This document shows, piece by piece, positions 57,890 to 64,000 of a stretch of DNA of 64,000 bases. The notes beneath the pieces are model-generated. The model was not told the DNA's origin. It saw only the letters and a list, made by a program, of their open reading frames with translations, and did no database searches. The position numbers and the translations under genes were made by a program. The DNA comes from Methanotrichaceae archaeon (GTDB taxonomy: Archaea > Halobacteriota > Methanosarcinia > Methanotrichales > Methanotrichaceae), in contig CAVVKN010000022.1 of assembly GCA_963748825.1 (NCBI GenBank), forward strand, positions 1 to 64,000. Direction: 5' to 3'. Numbering within the stretch: the stretch's first letter is position 1; each line of letters begins with the position of its first letter.

Positions 57890-59299
57890 TCACCACATCT
57901 TGTACCCCAAGAACCTCACCGCATAGATCAGCCCGATCACTATCACAGCCACCCCGAAGATCTTGGTGACGTACTTTCCTGCCGAGATGTACTTCTCGCC
58001 GATCTGCCCGCCCACTGCCCGGGAAAAGGTAGCTATGGGAATCACCGGCACGCCATGCCCGACGCCGAAGACGAAGAGCATCAGTCCACCCGCCAGGGGC
58101 GTTACATCCTGGGAGATGAGCCAGATGAGCACGGGAAAGACGAGAGAGACGGCACAGGGGGCCCATCCCAGGGCAAAGAAGACGCCCAAAGCAAAAGCGC
58201 CGATGAAGGCCGAGTACTGGAAGAGTCCCATAGAGAAGCGGACCAGCCGCTCCATGATGCCCTTCTTCTCAGGAGCTGATTCTCCGGAAAGAGCATCGGA
58301 ATGATCCTGGCGCAAAGAGAGGCGAGAGCGCACCGGCTCTATGATCTCACCAATGGGCTTGATGATATTTATGCCAAGGATTACCATCAGCATTCCTGCA
58401 GCCAGATCAAAGAAGCGGGCCTGGCGAATGAAGACGCCAATGTCGGAGAGGAACAGCCCCACCACGAAGAAGACCATGGCCATGCCTAAAGTGAAGGCCA
58501 CACCGATCATGAAGCCCTCTTTTGAAGCCGAGGCAGACTTCTTAAGGTACTCCTCCTTCCTGCGGGCCGTCATGACGTAGGAGAACATGGCCAGCAGAAG
58601 GGCTACGGAGCAGGGGGAAAGGGAGGTTACAATTCCTAAGCCAAACATGCCCAGGTAGTTTACGCTCTGGCTGGACGTTATCCCCTTGAACCCGGAGGCA
58701 TCTCCCCGCCCCAGGCCTAACAGATCGCTGTACAAAGTATCAGCGCTCTTTATTCCGTCTATCTCCCCCTTGCCGAGTTGATAGACGTGATAGAGGCCGG
58801 CCACCTTTCCCTCTTTGTCGATGAGGATCAGGGTGGGGTTGGCAAAGCCGCCTTCCAGGGTGGAGTAGTCGATGTACCTGCCCGTGAGAGGATATGGCTC
58901 GAAGTCCTCAATCCAGGGCCAGGTTACATTGATGTTCCACCAGGCACCGGCCAAAGCCCGGCCGTCTTTAGAGTAGGGATTTTTTCGGACGTTGAGGGTT
59001 ATGATTTTTATGCCTGGATCTTTCTGTGCGAGCAGGGAAAGCTGGCTGGTCTGAGCGTTTAGAGCATGCTCGCACTCCCGGCAGAGGGGATTTTCAATGT
59101 TGGTGATGTGCAGAAGGACAACCTCGCCCCGATAGTCGCTTAGAGAGATGTCTTTCCCATCAAGGTCCACTGCCTGAAAATCAGGAGCAATAGCCTCCTC
59201 AGATAGGCCAGAGGACGAGCACATGAAGAAGATAGAAATTAAGATGGCAAAAAGAGTGATTGACCCCGATATCAGGGATTTTTTACTTTTTATTGACAT
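57890..59299 (-). CDS. Redoxin + CcdA/DsbD transmembrane fusion protein
   Basis: APDF..VDLDGK.ISLSDYRG with CREC; SLSPC and WAPC. Confidence 0.85.
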   Translation of the reverse strand: MSIKSKKSLISGSITLFAILISIFFMCSSSGLSEEAIAPDFQAVDLDGKDISLSDYRGEVVLLHITNIENPLCRECEHALNAQTSQLSLLAQKDPGIKIITLNVRKNPYSKDGRALAGAWWNINVTWPWIEDFEPYPLTGRYIDYSTLEGGFANPTLILIDKEGKVAGLYHVYQLGKGEIDGIKSADTLYSDLLGLGRGDASGFKGITSSQSVNYLGMFGLGIVTSLSPCSVALLLAMFSYVMTARRKEEYLKKSASASKEGFMIGVAFTLGMAMVFFVVGLFLSDIGVFIRQARFFDLAAGMLMVILGINIIKPIGEIIEPVRSRLSLRQDHSDALSGESAPEKKGIMERLVRFSMGLFQYSAFIGAFALGVFFALGWAPCAVSLVFPVLIWLISQDVTPLAGGLMLFVFGVGHGVPVIPIATFSRAVGGQIGEKYISAGKYVTKIFGVAVIVIGLIYAVRFLGYKMW

Positions 59300-59328
59300 T
59301 GCAGCGATCCCTTATCTGAGGTCTGCCT

Positions 59329-59862
59329 TCACGGGTTCCAGTTTGCGGAGTTTTCATCATAGTGGCTTAATGCATCCTCCACATATTTTTTGACCCAGAC
59401 ATCGCCTGTGACCACATCCGTGCTGTGCCAGACCGGCACTACCTCGCCTTCGGAATTTGGGGCCAAAGTTACCAAGACGGTCAAAGGCACGTACATAATT
59501 CCGCCGTTGGGATCATAGACCTGCATGGCTTCCTCGGACCTGGCATCACTGCCATCGGCGCCTATCTCGAAAAATGTGATCTGGCCATTGAATTCATCGG
59601 TTATATTCTGCACGGCCTCTGTCTGAGGCGTACAATAACTGCACGACTTGTGGATATAGATCAGCACAGGCTTGCTTTTCAGGGCGTCCAAAACCCAGGA
59701 TGGATGATTGACATCGCCGCCGGCGCCTGAGGACTGGTCAGGATAAGCCGTCCACCAGTCATCATTTCCCGATCCTACAGAAGATTCAGCTCCCATGGCG
59801 TTAATGCCGGATGCCAAAAGGATGATCGCAATCAAAGATGATATTTTCTTAATTTTGTCCAT
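59329..59862 (-). CDS. Secreted thioredoxin-family protein
   Basis: Signal peptide; KPVLIY...CSYC; YVP. Confidence 0.8.
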   Translation of the reverse strand: MDKIKKISSLIAIILLASGINAMGAESSVGSGNDDWWTAYPDQSSGAGGDVNHPSWVLDALKSKPVLIYIHKSCSYCTPQTEAVQNITDEFNGQITFFEIGADGSDARSEEAMQVYDPNGGIMYVPLTVLVTLAPNSEGEVVPVWHSTDVVTGDVWVKKYVEDALSHYDENSANWNP

Positions 59863-60394
59863 TGAATACACTCTCCACGTTGCTTGATGTTCTTTTCCAC
59901 ACTCGTTCCCAATGCCGATAGCATCGACATTATTGGATATAAGTCTTTCGACTTTATGATCTATAGAGCCATACATAAAAAAAATATTGGCTTAAATCTC
60001 TTCAAATCAACTATATTTCAAAGAGCGTATGTGTTATCAATTGTTAATTTCGATTCGCTTGTTTTGTAAATGTAAATATCAAATTTATTATATTCAATTA
60101 AAGACAGATGTCGTACTTGGGTTTGACTGTATGACGGGAAAATTTTATATATTGAAATAACTGGATATGGATGTCCAGACAGCCCTGCAATTGGGGCGGA
60201 TTTAGAAGTTAAAGGTGAATGACCAAAATGAGCCCAGTTCAATGCGAAATCTGCAATAGTGAAGTAGAATCCCTCTTCATAGTCAGTCACAAAGAGAGAG
60301 GGAGAATAAGAATATGCGAGGGTTGTTTGAAGCAAGAAGCGCAAAACCTCCTGGCTCAAAAAAGCTGCGGTTGCTGTTGAGAGAGGATCAGTCT

Positions 60395-60787
60395 ATGGCA
60401 TGTGTTCCGAAAGAGGCTGTCAGCAGGATGACGCGGCTGATTGGAGACGCCGATAAGGCCGAGTGCAAAGTCAATAAGCTGCGCTCCATTACAAGCAAGC
60501 TGGATGAGAAGGACATCGAAGTTGAGGCAGAAATATTCAAGGCCATGGCCGATCCCTGCCGCCTCAAGATCCTGTCGCTTCTGCGGGAAGGCGAGCTATG
60601 CGTCTGCGAGATCATGATCGGCGTGGACCGACCGCAATCCAGCACTTCTCACCACCTCTCCATCCTCAAGGATGCAGGGCTCATCAAAGAACGCAAGGAC
60701 GGAAGATGGTCCAGATACCGGCTGTCCGAAGGCACTGTAATAGATATGCTCAATTTAGTGAAGCTGATGAAAGAAGCTAAAGTCTGA
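60395..60787 (+). CDS. arsR: ArsR/SmtB family regulator
   Basis: FKAMADP.RLKIL, ELCVCE, SHHL..LKDAGLI...K.GRW..Y. Confidence 0.92.
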   Translation: MACVPKEAVSRMTRLIGDADKAECKVNKLRSITSKLDEKDIEVEAEIFKAMADPCRLKILSLLREGELCVCEIMIGVDRPQSSTSHHLSILKDAGLIKERKDGRWSRYRLSEGTVIDMLNLVKLMKEAKV

Positions 60788-60802
60788 GAGAGGCAACAAT
60801 CA

Positions 60803-61834
60803 ATGACCAAATTCAATACTATTGGAATTCTGATACTTTCCTTGATAGCTTTTGCTCCCGTGGTGGACGCAGGCTGCAGTTGCAGTGGGGGCACCTGGGA
60901 TCCCAGTGGTTTCCTGAATTCTGAGCTTGGCACGGGCCAGCCCGTTCCAGGAACCAGCAAAGTTAGCGCTGCGGAAAATTCAGGGAGCGGCACGCAAGAG
61001 CCGTTAGATAGAGTGGCATCCTTCCCTAATGGTGCGATCATCAAAGCTATGAAGAGCGTTTCCAGCTCAGATGTGGTAATGGACGTGTCTAACGGAAACA
61101 GCTATGCATCGTCCCACATTAAGGACGCCATTCACATTCCAAGCAAAGACTTCCTTAACGGCGAAGGCGACCTTAAGACAGATGAAGAACTTGCCAAGGT
61201 CCTAGGCGATGCCGGTGTTTCCAGAGACGATTCCATAGTTCTTTACGGTAGCAAAGAGAGCTTTGGCGAGGCTGAATTTGCTTTCTTGGTGCTGCGCTAT
61301 CTGGGACAAAAGGACTTGTTGCTCCTGGACGGAAGCCTGGCAGACTGGAAGGCTGCGGGACTGCCCGAGCAGGTATCGGGGAACATAAAGCCTGGCGTAG
61401 AGTACAAGCCCTTGGTCAAGCCAGAGGTAATAGCCGAATACGAATATGTGAAGTCCGGCCAGGCCCAGATCATAGACGTCCGGCCTTTTGTGGAATTTGG
61501 CAAGGGTCGCATACCAGGTTCTACCGCACTGGATCCATCCAATGTGATCAAAGGGGATAAGATCAAAAACAGCGATGATCTGAGCGCCATTTTCAGCAGG
61601 TTGGACAAAGACAAGCCGATTGTGGTCTATTCCGATGATTACAGCCGGTCATCTCTGGTCTGGTATGCCCTGCAGCTCATGGGATATGAGGCCAGCATCT
61701 ACACCTGGGAGGACTGGAAGGCGCACAAGTCTGGGGAAGTGGCTACTGAAACGACCTCAGACACCGGAAACAAGACGTCCACTGCCGGTGAAGACGCTGC
61801 AGGCTCGAAGTACACAAAGCTTGGCACGACATGA
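60803..61834 (+). CDS. Secreted tandem rhodanese-domain protein
   Basis: Signal peptide; HI.DA, LLDG.L.DW, IIDVRP..EF..GRIPG. Confidence 0.8.
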   Translation: MTKFNTIGILILSLIAFAPVVDAGCSCSGGTWDPSGFLNSELGTGQPVPGTSKVSAAENSGSGTQEPLDRVASFPNGAIIKAMKSVSSSDVVMDVSNGNSYASSHIKDAIHIPSKDFLNGEGDLKTDEELAKVLGDAGVSRDDSIVLYGSKESFGEAEFAFLVLRYLGQKDLLLLDGSLADWKAAGLPEQVSGNIKPGVEYKPLVKPEVIAEYEYVKSGQAQIIDVRPFVEFGKGRIPGSTALDPSNVIKGDKIKNSDDLSAIFSRLDKDKPIVVYSDDYSRSSLVWYALQLMGYEASIYTWEDWKAHKSGEVATETTSDTGNKTSTAGEDAAGSKYTKLGTT

Positions 61835-61871
61835 GAAACTTTTAATTTTTTATCAATGGAGGGAGGAGTTA

Positions 61872-62972
61872 ATGTCAAATGGTGTCAGTAAGGGCCTGGA
61901 TTTCTTATCCCGCTACCTTACTGTCTGGATCTTTGTAGCCATGTTCCTGGGAATAGCAATAGGCTACTATGCGCCCGGAATTACCCAGTTCATCTTAAGC
62001 CTGCAGATCGGCACAACATCAATACCTATCGCCATTGGCCTCATTCTGATGATGTACCCGCCCCTGGCCAAGGTGAAGTATGAAGAGCTGGGTAAAGTCT
62101 TCCAGGATAAAAAAGTCCTCAGCCTCTCCCTGATACAGAACTGGATCGTTGGTCCCATCCTGATGTTTGCGTTGGCGGTAATCTTCCTGCGAGACTCGCC
62201 TCACCTCATGTATGGCATAATCCTCATCGGCCTGGCTCGCTGCATTGCCATGGTCATCGTCTGGAATGAGCTGGCTCGCGGCTGCACCGAGTACTGCGCC
62301 GCCCTGGTGGGGCTTAACTCCATATTCCAGGTGCTGTTCTATTCAGTCTACGCTTATGTTTTTATCACAGTGCTGCCGGCTGCCCTGGGAATCGCTGAGG
62401 GAACGCTGGTCAACGTAACAATTGCACAAATTGCAGAGAGCGTTTTCATATATCTGGGCATACCCTTCCTGGCCGGCATAATCACCAGATTCAGCCTGAT
62501 CAAGGCCAAAGGAAAAGTCTGGTACGAGAGAGATTTTATACCTAAAATCTCGCCCCTGACTCTGATTGCCCTTCTCTTCACCATCGTGGTGATGTTCTCT
62601 TTGAAGGGCGACTACATCGTACAGCTTCCCCTGGATGTGGTGCGAGTGGCCATACCTTTGGCTATATACTTCCTGCTCATGTTCTTTGTCAGCTTCTTCA
62701 TGGCTTACAAACTGGGAGTTAACTACGAGAACACGGCCGCTCTATCCTTCACTGCGGCCAGCAACAACTTCGAGCTGGCCATCGCTGTAGCGGTGGGCGT
62801 CTTCGGCATCGCCTCCCAGGAGGCGTTCGCTGCGGTGATCGGGCCTCTCATCGAGGTTCCGGTTTTGATTGGATTGGTAAATGTGGCTCTAAAGCTGAAA
62901 GAGAGGTATTTTGCAGGGGCCAAGGCAATATGTGATGTCCATAGCAAAAATGAATTGTTTAGAATTTTTTAA
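61872..62972 (+). CDS. acr3: Arsenite efflux transporter Acr3
   Basis: [34 protein letters not shown] and GPLIEVP motifs. Confidence 0.95.
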   Translation: MSNGVSKGLDFLSRYLTVWIFVAMFLGIAIGYYAPGITQFILSLQIGTTSIPIAIGLILMMYPPLAKVKYEELGKVFQDKKVLSLSLIQNWIVGPILMFALAVIFLRDSPHLMYGIILIGLARCIAMVIVWNELARGCTEYCAALVGLNSIFQVLFYSVYAYVFITVLPAALGIAEGTLVNVTIAQIAESVFIYLGIPFLAGIITRFSLIKAKGKVWYERDFIPKISPLTLIALLFTIVVMFSLKGDYIVQLPLDVVRVAIPLAIYFLLMFFVSFFMAYKLGVNYENTAALSFTAASNNFELAIAVAVGVFGIASQEAFAAVIGPLIEVPVLIGLVNVALKLKERYFAGAKAICDVHSKNELFRIF

Positions 62973-63059
62973 ATTAACTAAATTTCAATTTTTGTGTCCG
63001 TTTCAGATCTGCAATAATTTTATATTCTCATCCATACCATCATATGCTGGTGAAAAAAG

Positions 63060-63275
63060 ATGAAGATTGGCGAAAAAAATGTTGGCATGATTGATCGTGT
63101 TATCCGGATCATTCTTGGTATTATCCTGCTGTACCTATTCGTGGTGAATATGGTTGCAGCACCGTGGTCGTATCTTGTTGCGCTTATCGGACTTATCCTG
63201 CTCGTGACCGGGGTTATTGGGACCTGTCCGCTCTATTCGATGCTCGGCATGAATACGCTAAGCAAGAAGGCGTAG
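63060..63275 (+). CDS. DUF2892 (YgaP-like) membrane protein
   Basis: KNVG..DRVIR...G; TG..G.CPLY..LG.NT. Confidence 0.9.
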   Translation: MKIGEKNVGMIDRVIRIILGIILLYLFVVNMVAAPWSYLVALIGLILLVTGVIGTCPLYSMLGMNTLSKKA

Positions 63276-63566
63276 GTGGAGGAAATAAAAAACTTGTAGT
63301 TTTGAGTTCGTCGCAGAGTGACTCTGCTAAATCCGCATTGTTGGTCCGGCGCCGGCTTTGTCACAAAAGCTCATATCATAGAACATGCCTCGGCGGTGGC
63401 GCATAATCATGGTCAAGTCCGCCACCGTTGTTTCCCGAATCAGCTTATCAACTTTCTCTGCAAAACCGGATGCCTTCATGTGGTCATACCTATGCCGAAT
63501 ATAGTGCTCACCAACACAGAGCCGAGCCAGAGCGCCCTATTCCGCCGATTGTCTCCAGCGCCATTG

Positions 63567-64000
63567 TTAGCCGGTTGCAGCAAAGCCATCATGAAATACC
63601 ACAGTACCACTGGTTTTGCTTTCTTCGAACGGCAACACAAGAACGTACTCTTGCGGAACGCCGTCAATAACCAAGTCCGGGGGACTTCTGAAGCCGAACC
63701 GTTCGTAGTAGCCGGGATCTCCCACGAGCACGCAGCCCTTTGCACCCAATGACTTTAGTGAGGAAAGGCCTTCACGCATCAAGGATTTTCCGATACCCTG
63801 CTTCTGTAATTCTGGCAAGACAGAGATGGGACCGAGACCATACCAACCGAGGCTACCATCGGAAATAGTCACAGGCGAGAAAGCTATGTGGCCTACCACC
63901 TTTTTCCCAGCAACTGCCACCAACGAGATTGTAAGCACATTCGCATCTCGCAGTGCATTAATGATGAACTGTTCCGTGTGGTTACTAATTGCAAGATTCT
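63567..64000 (-). CDS. GNAT N-acetyltransferase (YhbS-like), 5' end beyond the window
   Basis: VVGHIAFSPV, LGPISV.P..QKQGIG and LVGDPGYYERFGF motifs; frame open to the window edge. Confidence 0.9.
   Translation of the reverse strand, partial: NLAISNHTEQFIINALRDANVLTISLVAVAGKKVVGHIAFSPVTISDGSLGWYGLGPISVLPELQKQGIGKSLMREGLSSLKSLGAKGCVLVGDPGYYERFGFRSPPDLVIDGVPQEYVLVLPFEESKTSGTVVFHDGFAATG

Noticed and set aside
60018-60359. 113-aa ORF between the thioredoxin and arsR genes
   Set aside because: No motif, it overlaps the expected divergent promoter region, and it cannot be supported from sequence alone.

Overview
Archaeal DNA, most consistent with a Methanothrix (Methanosaeta)-type methanogen. Evidence: rpoH-rpoB'', fwdDBAC, purP, a DUF1608 S-layer protein and PGF-CTERM proteins. 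1-9.3 kb and 16-24 kb are mostly housekeeping (RNA polymerase, intron-containing tRNA-Lys, leuDB, fwd, purP, S-layer, paaK, FKBP, htpX). 9.4-14.4 kb is a small island behind a degenerate tRNA-Leu, holding a pentapeptide-repeat gene, RelBE and a PemK-type toxin split by a lone-TnpB IS605-family element. The most striking part is about 25.3-51.1 kb. It is built from about 10 intact or decayed copies of one module: a 51-aa ribbon-helix-helix (RHH) micro-gene, a conserved divergent promoter block and often a small LEA-like ORF. Each copy sits upstream of different stress or envelope cargo: LEA-like proteins, DUF1328, domain-less Thr-rich PGF-CTERM peptides, four paralogous secreted proteins, PLD plus PAP2, and a roughly 2930-aa cyclic beta-1,2-glucan synthase split at an A7 tract. 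52-64 kb holds an aminotransferase, an acyl-CoA synthetase, IS630/MNT remnants and an ArsR-rhodanese-Acr3/CcdA-thioredoxin cluster. All calls are by eye from motifs; no searches were run.
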